This document shows, one piece after another, positions 8,752 through 17,415 of a DNA stretch of 64,000 nucleotides. The DNA is taken from NCBI GenBank assembly GCA_964512205.1, contig CAZEGK010000004.1, positions 34,634 to 98,633 of the forward strand, read 5' to 3'. A model generated the notes under the pieces. That model saw only the letters and a list, made by a program, of their open reading frames with translations. It was not told the origin of the DNA and searched no databases. This stretch comes from an uncultured bacterium. GTDB lineage: Bacteria; Chlamydiota; Chlamydiia; Chlamydiales; FEN-1388. The stretch's first letter is position 1, and the number at the start of each line of letters is the position of its first letter. A program made the position numbers and the translations under genes.

Positions 8752-9052
8752 GCTCGTTGAGCTAGTTACAAATTTTCTGCAAGATCTTGATTTGTGGATA
8801 GGGTGTAGCTAACGGTAACTTTTGCAAAGAGCTTGGGGATGCGCAGCCTATCCCAGTTTTTTGCTCCCAATAGGCGGTTGCTTTTCAGTTCATGGCGATA
8901 ATCTGGCAATCTGCCTTTTCCTGAGCAAAAAAGATGCCAGGTTTTATAGCATGTCTTGGACCTTGCGGGCCATCGGGTGTTATAAGGACTACTTGATTGC
9001 TTTTAATAGCATCGGCAATCTGTAAAAGGGTGGCCTGTCTTGAATTGTGAGG
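8733..9052. repeat. Left ~320 bp direct repeat (decayed copy of the DUF374 gene 3' end)
   Basis: Colinear with 23107-23427 (offset 14,375 nt). I count about 20 substitutions and no indels by eye. Confidence 0.9.
8766..9052 (-). pseudogene. Orphan 3' fragment of a DUF374/LPLAT-like gene (paralogous to 23140..23748)
   Basis: Encodes ...HNSRQATLLQIADAIKSNQVVLITPDGPQGPRHAIKPGIFFAQEKADCQIIAMN*. The intact gene has ...HNSRHAALLQTVDAITSNKVVLITPDGPRGPRHAIKPGIFFAQEKADCQIIAMNWKATSYWELK.... TGG->TGA creates a premature stop and the 5' two-thirds is missing. Confidence 0.85.
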
Positions 9053-9363
9053 AAGCTTGTGCCGCAAGAGCAGTTTCTCCAAAAAGATGCAGGCAGCTAT
9101 TGCCCGTATCTTGAGACCCAATTGTTACATCTGGTTTATGCTTTGCAAAGAGCCGTATGATAGTAACATCGCCAGATTCCACAGCTACATATAAAGCACT
9201 TTTTCCCTGCTAACTCGATTTACGTTATCAGGGGTAATAAGGCGCTCGATCTCTTTAAGGGGGTTTTTTCTAGTATCGCACTATGAAGAATCTCTTCAAC
9301 TGCTACTACCGGCTGCTGAGATCCAAATCCAAGTCTTGCAATACCTGATTGTAAAAAATTCAT
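9053..9363 (-). pseudogene. Ankyrin-repeat protein gene remnant (at least 2 frameshifts, 3' truncated)
   Basis: Hand translation gives three frame pieces. ATG at 9363 gives MNFLQSGIARLGFGSQQPVVAVEEILHSAILEK. After a shift, NPLKEIERLITPDNVNRVSREK. After another shift, GKSALYVAVESGDVTIIRLFAKHKPDVTIGSQDTGNSCLHLFGE, which fits the ANK consensus G.tALh.A...G...iv.lL. It ends at the junction with the DUF374 fragment. Confidence 0.55.
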
Positions 9364-9554
9364 ACTGAAGTGATCGCTTTAATTGAGATTGTTTATCGAT
9401 TTTCTCAAGACAGGTTCTCAAAAAATACATTTAGATCAAAGTTGAACGAGCAGCAGAAAGCTTCGGAAAAAATCTATATTGCATAAAAAAAACTAAATTT
9501 GTACGTTGTTTCGAAACTTTGCTGGGTATCTTTGCTCAGCCTGTAACAAAAAGG

Positions 9555-12500
9555 ATGAAAATGATACGAAAATTTCAAATAGTATGCCTCACAGTTCTCT
9601 TTGGACTGTTTTTTGGGCAGGTTTCTGCTGCAGGCAAATGTAGAGGCTGTAACGACTCGAGCTCTCACTCTACTAAACAGAGAAGACATAAGAAAACATG
9701 CAAGCTATGCTCGCTCAAAGCGACAGAAATTGATGTTGGCACGCTTCGCGCAACAGAAATCGAAGCTGAAAAGATCGATGCTGGGGAGATCACTGTCAAT
9801 GGTTGTGAAACTGTCCGGGGAGTGGTTGTTGCGGAAAGTTCACTCGCAAATCCATGCTTTACCTTCACATGTAATGCACTTGTGAACATCCAAGATATTA
9901 ATATCGAGAAAAAACTTTTAGAATCTCCCCAGACTCTGACAAATCCATTAGAGGCTTTGCCGATTTTGACTCCAGGCTCTGATGAAAGCTGCCCGGAAGT
10001 CCCTGTAGGTGGAGATCCTTTGGTTACTGCGATTGTGGACCAAGGATTTTCTTTTCAGCAAGATTGGTTGATCTTTACCAACACAAGCGATCTTCCAACA
10101 GCACCAAGTCCAACAGCTAGTGCGGGACCCTGGTATTTTGAAAAAGAACCATACCAGACAACTAACAGAACAGTTATCACATGTGGATGCCGCGAAATTT
10201 ATGATCCTACTTCGCAAAGAGATGATGAGCAGTATCCTCCACATGAGCCCAATACAAATTCTACCATTGAAATTACCTTTGATACGTCAATTTTAGACCC
10301 TCTCGTATCTGAAGTATCGTTGGAACTTGAATATGCCTATTCTTCAGAAGCCAATTACGACTTCTTTACAATCTCCTCAGGCACTACAACCTTTTTCCAA
10401 GGATCGGGTCCTGGACCGAGTGTAGACAATCCATACAACAGAGGCACTCTTACAGTCAAAGTGCCTAAAACTTCATCTGTTATAATTAATTACTATAGAG
10501 ACCCTGCAGTGTACGGCGGTGTTGATTCGGTCTACTTTACAATCAACAAGGCAATACCTGTTTTCCCAATTGAAGTTCCTACACGCCTGCAACTAAAGCG
10601 CGGCAATACTGTTCTCAAAGATTATGGGTATTTGATTGACCTTGATGGCACTAAAGTAAATGAACTCGTGGTGGATTGCCCAATCAGCATTCAAGCCGGA
10701 GATCAACTCTGTTTAGAGGCAGATCCTACGATCTATCAAACCTACAACGTTTCTGCTGAATACCAAAATATTCCTCAGATTAAAGATCATCGTTCCAAGG
10801 AAAACTTTTTTGCACCTGTGCAAATTAATAACCTCGGGTACAACAACCGCTTTCCAACAGATCTTTCAACACTGGAAGGTTGGTACAACACCGACGATCA
10901 GTTTATCCAAAACCTCGTATATATCCAGCAGGTGCAAAATTGCGATACCAATGGCATTCCACAGCTTTCTCTATCTCGCTATTCACTCGCAAGTAGTGGA
11001 CCTTTCTTTGTAAATGGATATTGGAGCGGCACTGCACCTAGCTATTTTACACAGGTAGGAAATAATAGATTTCAAGATAACGCAAGCTTTCTCTTCTATA
11101 ACTTTGATCCTCTTACAGGAGAGATGCGACTAGATCCAGATCCTAGCAACTTGCCTGGTATTGGCAGTACAGGCTACACTGTGTTTAAGCCTATCAAAAA
11201 TACAGACCCCAGATACTGGCAGTATAATTTTGATCTGGTAGATCCGGAACACGAATTTAACCCGCCAATAAACTTTTTTGACTTTGTTGGAGAGTATTAC
11301 AAAACAGGCTATATCTCGTCACAATTTGGAATTTCTTCCTATCCTACTTGGCCTGATATCAATCCTTTAAACCTCGATCAAACTCAATACGCGGCATCAT
11401 TTGGTGTGAGCTCAAAAGCACAGTATGATGATCTATTTCGTCGTTTGAGAGATATTGGGGTTCAACGAAAATATGGCGTACAGAGATTTATCTACTGGCC
11501 ATATCCAGGATCTGATCTCACAGATTCGCAAAAAGCGAGCCTTCGCTGGGTAGTTAACCAGAATCGCTATCCATTCTTAGGCTTTGTAACAAAATTGGAA
11601 AATGAAGGTGAAAATACCTTTGCACGCCTCTGCCCAGGAGAGACGGTCTATCTGAAAGGCACAAATACACGCTTTGACGATTTTCCACTTCGTCTTGCTA
11701 TGGATGGCTATCATACAGGGCCAAAACCAGGACCTGAATTTATGCAAACCTATTCAGGTACTGACCCACGCACAGATGATCCAATCCCATCTGATTTAAG
11801 CTATAATATTTATGATCAGTGGAGCTACTATACAGCCCGCCTTCCTATTACTATAGATGAGAGCAACAACAAGATCTATTCTCGAGGTGGAGGACGCTCT
11901 AGATTTGGAGATGAGCCTTTTTACTTAGATCTACTTGTGAACTCTAATCCGCCACTTGGACTTGGACCATACAGTGTCTACTCAAGCCTTTTGGGACCAA
12001 ACGTTGGTTTAAATCCAATTGCAGGCAATGTCGTGATTGCAGATCCTATTGATGCAAGCACACCGCTCAATAACGCAGCTGAAGTGAACGGCAACGTACT
12101 TATTGTAGTCTTTGGTTCTGTTGGAAGTGGCACAATTGTTGCAAATGCAGCAGCTGCCGGAGCTACTGGAGTCATTATAGTCGATGATACAGTGGAATCA
12201 CTTGCTGATTTTAGCATTGGAGGTGCCGGAGTCATTCCTTCTGTGGCCATTACAAATGTAGATGGAATGGCGCTTATCGATGCTATTACTGATGGTGCAG
12301 AAGTAGATGTTCAAACAGAGCTTAATAGCCCTATCTTTGAAACAACACTTCCTTCTGGAACCTATTATCTCAGCGATATTTATCAGTTACTATATGATCA
12401 ATATCTTGCTGGAGAGACAGAGTTTTTCATCGAAGTTGGAAACTTCATATCAGGTGAATATGGGGTAGATGATTTATTTGTTCTTTCTGGAACAGCGCAA

Positions 12501-14549
12501 GCGCTTCTATTTGGTCCAGAAGATCCAAATTATCCTTCAAATTTCTTTGGACCTACTGGTCTTGATGTAGGATACCTTTGGGATCCGACTGATGTACCTT
12601 TGGTCTCTGAATACCAAGGATTGTCAGAGAATTTCTTTGATGGCTCTTATGCCCAGATTTTGCCTGGCGAGTATAAGACTCATACTCCGCTAACATCAGA
12701 AGAGGCTCAGGCCCTTATTGATGCACTGGATAACGAAACTGTAACTGTGGAGACTCAGCACGGACCAATCACGTACGAGTCAACATATGAAAACTTTGTA
12801 GCCTGCATCAATGAACTCAGCATGCAGAAAGGAACTGAGGATCACACGATGCTTACTCCATGGGTACATAAATGTGACAATGGGCTATTTGAACTGCCTA
12901 TTTCTATGCAGTCGCTGTTAAATGATTTGAAGCTTATTGACTTTGATGAAACAGCTACTTATGTAGCACCATTTAACGATCTAGACGATGAAAACTCTGC
13001 TATTCCAGGAGTCCCTATATCCGCTACTTTTGCGCCTACGCTCTATTGCATAAGCGTGAGAGCTACCGGAACTGGCCATCCAGGAGAGTTCTCCGAAATG
13101 TACAACGCTGGACTCGATAGATCAAGTATCGAAGATCAGTCTCGTTCAGAAGGAAGACTTGAGTGGATTGTACCGAGAAATGGAGATATTTTAATATATC
13201 CCGAGGGAACGGTATTGCCTATCGGAGATCTGAGTGGTCGTTCTGTTGAAATTCCAATTGTAAACTATTTGGAAGATCCACAATGGCTCGGATACACGAC
13301 AAATAATGGAGCACCTGATTATAACTTCATTCCTTATGTCGAGAGCACTGGCCTTGGGCCATTTGCAGATACTGCTGTGGCGGGTTCTTGGTTAATTGGA
13401 GTTATGCAGCCTGAAAAGACACGTGAAATTTTGCAGCTTGCACCAAATGATCCAGTACCAGGTATTGGCTATATCACATGGTATGAATCGATGTGGTCGA
13501 GTGATGGAGATTCCTCACTTTTACCTTGGTATGATCCAAACTTTAGTTCGGTGGATCCAGCAGCCTTAGTGGCTGTAGGAAGAGTGTTGCAGTACTTCAA
13601 TGAGAATGACGTTAAACACATCATTATCGATGTAAGAAACACCATTGGAGGAGGCGAGCCCTTCTGGAACGCTTTTGCCGCAGCGGTTGGAGGAAAGCGC
13701 TACTTTAACGTTACCGATGTCACACCAGTACTGTCTTTAGAGCCTAACGGAATTACTTCTGTTCGTACTACAGCCAACTTTCAAGTGGCGAAGGAAAATG
13801 CAGGAGTAGTTACCTACAACTATCAAGACACAATTTTGGATTGTAATCCAGATGCGTTTGTGGCTGCAGGTTTTACCGACTACATTCCGGGAGGAATATG
13901 GAATGGCGAAGTGACAGGTCAGGCTGATTTAGGACTTAAATCCAACATCATCTGGCTTTCCAATGCAACTGCAATTTCAAACCCTCAGTACAAATGTTTA
14001 CTTGTGAAGGGAACAAGTAAGGACCAAGTTGAGTATAATGGCGATTTTGGACGCTCTACCCAATTTATTGAGTATGGTGTCTACTATCGACCCTTCTCGA
14101 CTAGTGGGAATTACGATTCCTATATCAACTGGTGGACCAAAAATCGAGCTGGTGCCGAAGAAAATCCTCGTGGTTTGATGTATGCGCTCGATCGCTGGGA
14201 AGCAAGCCGATCAGGCTATATGGATGGCAATGTGGATGCACAAGGCGGTGTGTTGAAGGGACTTGATCAAGAATTTAGCAACCTTCATAGACCACAAATT
14301 AAGTGGGATATGAATGCTAACGTCTTCTTCCAAGATATCGGCTATACCATAGGCAACATTGGAACAAGTGTGGATCCGGTAACAGATGGAGAGCCATGGC
14401 TACAAGATCGCTACACCGGAATTGCGTTTGATAATCCGCTTACCTTCCGCGACTCAACTCTTGAGAGATGTGTTCAGATGGTATGTGATCCAAACGTCAG
14501 TTCGCACTTCTATCAAGATGATGGCTACGGATATGTGTCCGAGCCGTAA
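9555..14549 (+). CDS. Giant secreted protein with PA (protease-associated) domain and C-terminal S41 (Tsp/CPAF/tricorn-core)-like signature
   Basis: Signal peptide MKMIRKFQIVCLTVLFGLFFGQVSAA (alternative start 9561, 5 nt after AAGGA). Cys/Lys-rich leader GKCRGCNDSSSHSTKQRRHKKTCKLCS. PA-like block NGNVLIVVFGSVGSGTIVANAAAAGATGVIIVDD...GGAGVIPSVAITNVDGMALIDAI (about nt 12040-12300). IIIDVRNTIGGGEP (nt 13621-13665) resembles the S41 DxRxNxGG motif, followed by IIWLSNATAISNPQ...LLVKGTSKD. Confidence 0.85.
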   Translation: MKMIRKFQIVCLTVLFGLFFGQVSAAGKCRGCNDSSSHSTKQRRHKKTCKLCSLKATEIDVGTLRATEIEAEKIDAGEITVNGCETVRGVVVAESSLANPCFTFTCNALVNIQDINIEKKLLESPQTLTNPLEALPILTPGSDESCPEVPVGGDPLVTAIVDQGFSFQQDWLIFTNTSDLPTAPSPTASAGPWYFEKEPYQTTNRTVITCGCREIYDPTSQRDDEQYPPHEPNTNSTIEITFDTSILDPLVSEVSLELEYAYSSEANYDFFTISSGTTTFFQGSGPGPSVDNPYNRGTLTVKVPKTSSVIINYYRDPAVYGGVDSVYFTINKAIPVFPIEVPTRLQLKRGNTVLKDYGYLIDLDGTKVNELVVDCPISIQAGDQLCLEADPTIYQTYNVSAEYQNIPQIKDHRSKENFFAPVQINNLGYNNRFPTDLSTLEGWYNTDDQFIQNLVYIQQVQNCDTNGIPQLSLSRYSLASSGPFFVNGYWSGTAPSYFTQVGNNRFQDNASFLFYNFDPLTGEMRLDPDPSNLPGIGSTGYTVFKPIKNTDPRYWQYNFDLVDPEHEFNPPINFFDFVGEYYKTGYISSQFGISSYPTWPDINPLNLDQTQYAASFGVSSKAQYDDLFRRLRDIGVQRKYGVQRFIYWPYPGSDLTDSQKASLRWVVNQNRYPFLGFVTKLENEGENTFARLCPGETVYLKGTNTRFDDFPLRLAMDGYHTGPKPGPEFMQTYSGTDPRTDDPIPSDLSYNIYDQWSYYTARLPITIDESNNKIYSRGGGRSRFGDEPFYLDLLVNSNPPLGLGPYSVYSSLLGPNVGLNPIAGNVVIADPIDASTPLNNAAEVNGNVLIVVFGSVGSGTIVANAAAAGATGVIIVDDTVESLADFSIGGAGVIPSVAITNVDGMALIDAITDGAEVDVQTELNSPIFETTLPSGTYYLSDIYQLLYDQYLAGETEFFIEVGNFISGEYGVDDLFVLSGTAQALLFGPEDPNYPSNFFGPTGLDVGYLWDPTDVPLVSEYQGLSENFFDGSYAQILPGEYKTHTPLTSEEAQALIDALDNETVTVETQHGPITYESTYENFVACINELSMQKGTEDHTMLTPWVHKCDNGLFELPISMQSLLNDLKLIDFDETATYVAPFNDLDDENSAIPGVPISATFAPTLYCISVRATGTGHPGEFSEMYNAGLDRSSIEDQSRSEGRLEWIVPRNGDILIYPEGTVLPIGDLSGRSVEIPIVNYLEDPQWLGYTTNNGAPDYNFIPYVESTGLGPFADTAVAGSWLIGVMQPEKTREILQLAPNDPVPGIGYITWYESMWSSDGDSSLLPWYDPNFSSVDPAALVAVGRVLQYFNENDVKHIIIDVRNTIGGGEPFWNAFAAAVGGKRYFNVTDVTPVLSLEPNGITSVRTTANFQVAKENAGVVTYNYQDTILDCNPDAFVAAGFTDYIPGGIWNGEVTGQADLGLKSNIIWLSNATAISNPQYKCLLVKGTSKDQVEYNGDFGRSTQFIEYGVYYRPFSTSGNYDSYINWWTKNRAGAEENPRGLMYALDRWEASRSGYMDGNVDAQGGVLKGLDQEFSNLHRPQIKWDMNANVFFQDIGYTIGNIGTSVDPVTDGEPWLQDRYTGIAFDNPLTFRDSTLERCVQMVCDPNVSSHFYQDDGYGYVSEP

Positions 14550-14568
14550 GTAGAAGCCATCTTCAGAA

Positions 14569-14604
14569 AGAGTAGACCGCATCCTGCAGTCTACTCTTTT
14601 TTTT
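14569..14604 (+). terminator. Rho-independent terminator after the giant ORF
   Basis: Stem agagtagac (14569-14577) / gtctactct (14589-14597), followed by a T-run ending at 14604. Confidence 0.75.
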
Positions 14605-15293
14605 CATTAATAGTCTTTAAAGTTTTGAGTGACTCGCATAAGCTTAAGTTTTTTTTCCAAATAGACCTCCAATTCGTGAGCGTAGCTCTTTGGAGTGCGG
14701 TGATTATTCACCGCTCTCAATTTCGACCACGCCCTTAGTCACAATAGCTTCCAAAGCTTAAAATTGGGTTCACTATTTGAATAACAATTTTCTATCATAA
14801 TGTTGAAGCTATTTATGTCTTGGAAGTTACATAGGCTATTGTATGTACTTCGAAATACAGAGCTGCGAATAATCGCAGCACTAGAGAAGCGAGCTACGCT
14901 CGCAACCTGCAAATCTCCAAGATAGGCCGATTGCAATAGTCACAGTTTGTGAATCCAAAATTATGCTAAGGCACTAATCGATAAAAAAACATATACCCAT
15001 CTTTCGCTGCATCATCAGGCATGTTTTTTGTTGTGATACCTGGCTGTCATTGAATGTTACCCATGTCCCATCTGGTTATGGCACATGAGAGAAGTAGTGT
15101 CCTCGATTTGTGGTCATCACTTGGTGCACTACAATCGAGATAAGTTCATAGTTCTTCCCGATACTGTTATGCTTCTATCTGAATTGCCTACCCCTTTTTA
15201 TCTTTGTAAATTAAGTGATTTATGTTGCTTTTATTTATATAAAGTATGTAGAATATTTTATTATTAATGCCTTAAAATTCAAGGAGTTGAATT

Positions 15294-16073
15294 ATGTCTT
15301 ATAATCTGCAAACTATTCAGTCGAGATTACAGAGAATAGAGGACTATTTTCGAGACCCTGAACTTCGCACGATCATCACCGGCGGCGTAAGCGATATGAA
15401 ACCCGAAGATATCCGCAACAAAGATGTTCATAGAGGGCTTGAAGAGGGCTCATGGCCACGTAATCTTCTTCAGAGTGGCAGAGTTGATGTCCTTAATCGC
15501 TTTGTTACAGCTATTACAGCGCTTGAACAAAGAACCGAATGGGGTAATTGGGGCGTAGATAGTGACAAAAATGCTCATGCGCCTATCTGGGTGCGCCTTG
15601 TTGATAAGCTCAATCAAGCTATACTGAAAATGCCTGCGGTTGTTCTGTCCTCAGACGATGCTCAGTCAGTTACAGAGCTCTATAAGCGCTATGAAAATGT
15701 AAAACACGGCATTAAAGAACGTCGCGAAAAGCATGAGGGGGTCGAGCGCGATTTTAAAGTTATATTTGCTGATGAAAAGTATGATGAGCTTGTAAAAATT
15801 ATCGTTCCTGATGCCTATGGTGAAGTTTCGCCAAAGCATCTGCATAAGTTTATCTTGGAAGTAAAAGACCAAATACTTCGCGAGCGATTTATGACGCTCT
15901 ATTACGAAGCGTTGACAGCTCACGCTAAAATGGGCTTTGCCAAAAAGCTTGCCGACTACTTCGTCAACTTTATGCCAAATTATGGAAAAACATTTGTGGG
16001 TGAAGCGCCCAAGAGCGATCTTCAACTCGTAAGTGCGTATAATGCAATCTTTAGAAAGGCAGCTGATGCTTAA
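15294..16073 (+). CDS. Hypothetical protein (259 aa, soluble, charged)
   Basis: AAGGAG lies 7 nt upstream of the ATG. Protein-like composition; no family recognised. The antisense ORF 15666..16139 was judged a shadow. Confidence 0.6.
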   Translation: MSYNLQTIQSRLQRIEDYFRDPELRTIITGGVSDMKPEDIRNKDVHRGLEEGSWPRNLLQSGRVDVLNRFVTAITALEQRTEWGNWGVDSDKNAHAPIWVRLVDKLNQAILKMPAVVLSSDDAQSVTELYKRYENVKHGIKERREKHEGVERDFKVIFADEKYDELVKIIVPDAYGEVSPKHLHKFILEVKDQILRERFMTLYYEALTAHAKMGFAKKLADYFVNFMPNYGKTFVGEAPKSDLQLVSAYNAIFRKAADA

Positions 16074-16101
16074 AAAGATGGCTGCATAGATACTGTGAAC
16101 C

Positions 16102-16135
16102 GAGAATTCAGGCACGGTCACGTGCCTGAATTCTC
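16102..16135 (+). terminator. Strong hairpin downstream of the 259-aa gene
   Basis: Perfect 15-bp stem gagaattcaggcacg / cgtgcctgaattctc with a 4-nt loop. There is no clean T-run, so terminator function is uncertain. Confidence 0.45.
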
Positions 16136-16392
16136 TCATTTATTGACTCGTTTGCAAAGCTTTGTCAACACCCTCAACTATCAGCTCTCCTCTCTATTTC
16201 CATCTTATCGTGGATGATTGCATTTTCTGCGGCGAAAATGGCCTTTGTTTTATGAAGTAACATTCAGGCAAGGTGGCAGCGTCGATTCGCAAGGCGTTGT
16301 TCGGAAGTGAGTAATCAGGTGCTTGGAAGTTGATATAGTGAATAAAAGTGGATGTGATGGACGTTGTCCATAAGAAGTTTTTTGGTGCTTAC

Positions 16393-16437
16393 CGACCAGT
16401 AAGTCTGGTCAGTTCTTCTGTGAGCAGGGCCGGCCCC
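16393..16437. repeat. Junction repeat copy B (internal copy of left flank plus GC-rich core)
   Basis: cgaccagtaagtctggtcagttcttctgtgagcagggccggcccc matches 8706-8751 except for one missing t. The sequence diverges immediately after ggcccc. Confidence 0.85.
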
Positions 16438-16541
16438 CCTTTCACCTTTCGGTAGGCAAGCCGATGCCTCTTAATATGCGTTGCTCGGGATTACAAAGAT
16501 CATTATCTTTATTTTTGCGCTTTGCACTCAAGTAATATTTT

Positions 16542-16626
16542 TGCCAGAATCTCCAATAAAATTGGAGAAACTGGCAAAAATATGGCGAAATACAACCATT
16601 TTCTCCAAAAAAATTGGAGAATCTGG
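16542..16626 (+). promoter_or_regulatory. Two inverted repeats upstream of abiEi (candidate antitoxin operator pair)
   Basis: IR1 16542-16576: tgccagaatctccaat-aaa-attggagaaactggca (16-bp arms, 2 mismatches). IR2 16596-16626: ccattttctccaa-aaaaa-ttggagaatctgg (13-bp arms, 2 mismatches). Shared half-site CCAnnnTCTCCAA. IR2 ends 25 nt before the ATG. Confidence 0.5.
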
Positions 16627-16650
16627 TAGAATTAGGGTAGGAGCGTGAAC

Positions 16651-17268
16651 ATGGAATTATTACGTTCTTTTGACACAGCCTATATTGAAACACAGACTTT
16701 GCTCCCTTTACTGAGTAGCTACACCAATCCCCATGATGTTATTTCGCGCCTTTGTAAGAATGGGGAGCTCATTCGCCTAAAAAACGGCTTCTACATCATT
16801 GCAGAAAAAATTAAGAATTCCAGAGTACCGTATGAACAGATTGCTAATCTCCTTTATGGTCCTTCCTATATCAGCTATGAATGGGCTCTTTCTTATTACG
16901 GGATGATCCCTGAAGGGGTATATGTGCTAACATCTGCAAGTTTTCTTAAGTCCAAAAACTATAAAACAGCTCTTGCTACCTTTGAATATACTCCCTTAAG
17001 CAAGCAGCGCTATGTTGTTGGGATAGATTTAAAAGAAAACAGTGCGGGGAATTTTTTGATTGCAACTCCTGAGAAAGCTTTAGCTGACCTTGTGCACCAA
17101 AAAAGCAAGCATCTTTCAAGTAAAGACCTGCTTATAGACCTTGTGGAGGCACGAAGGATAGATGAAAGTGATTTGAAAAATCTTGATAAATCACATCTTG
17201 CAGAGATAGCTGAGAGTTATCGTTCAACTGCAGTACATACACTTCTCAACGTTATAGGTCGCATATGA
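16651..17268 (+). CDS. AbiEi-family antitoxin (type IV toxin-antitoxin / abortive infection AbiE)
   Basis: N-terminal wHTH-like ...VISRLCKNGELIRLKNGFYII..., then LLYGPSYISYEWALSYYGMIPE and ATPEKALADL, typical of AbiEi_4 proteins. TAGGAG lies 7 nt before ATG 16651 (the track used GTG 16645). Confidence 0.75.
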   Translation: MELLRSFDTAYIETQTLLPLLSSYTNPHDVISRLCKNGELIRLKNGFYIIAEKIKNSRVPYEQIANLLYGPSYISYEWALSYYGMIPEGVYVLTSASFLKSKNYKTALATFEYTPLSKQRYVVGIDLKENSAGNFLIATPEKALADLVHQKSKHLSSKDLLIDLVEARRIDESDLKNLDKSHLAEIAESYRSTAVHTLLNVIGRI

Positions 17269-17408
17269 CAAAGCCTACTATTACAAAAATGCTTGAGCAT
17301 TACCAAAATTCAAAAGTTCAAGAGCAGACAAAACTTCGCGAAATTCTTCATTGGTCTAAGGACTATTTCCACGCGCTGGTTGATCATATTACGGTTGAAA
17401 AGTCTTAA
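17265..17408 (+). pseudogene. Truncated AbiEii-like toxin (N-terminal 47 codons only)
   Basis: ATGA overlap with the abiEi stop. MTKPTITKMLEHYQNSKVQEQTKLREILHWSKDYFHALVDHITVEKS* resembles the start of AbiEii nucleotidyltransferases (ML..Y......ALREI.Q...L) but stops before any NTase motif. Full-length toxins are several-fold longer. Confidence 0.5.
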
Positions 17409-17415
17409 GGTGTGT

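Noticed and set aside
14605-15293. Degraded integrase or transposase in the non-coding stretches of the island (also 16136-16640, 20455-20854, 22696-23106)
   Set aside because: Six-frame reading by eye gave only short fragments with no R..H..R..Y, DDE or serine-recombinase motifs. I cannot exclude highly decayed remnants without a tBLASTn/HMM search.
15666-16139. 157-aa minus-strand ORF overlapping the 259-aa gene
   Set aside because: The + strand gene has a strong AAGGAG SD and balanced composition. The minus ORF is Phe/Ile/Cys-rich with no SD. It ends inside the hairpin at 16102-16135.
16330-16392. Remnant of a second BTB-LRR gene tail upstream of junction copy B
   Set aside because: Similarity to 8650-8705 is too weak by eye to call (a few shared A/T runs). 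Mentioned only as a possibility.
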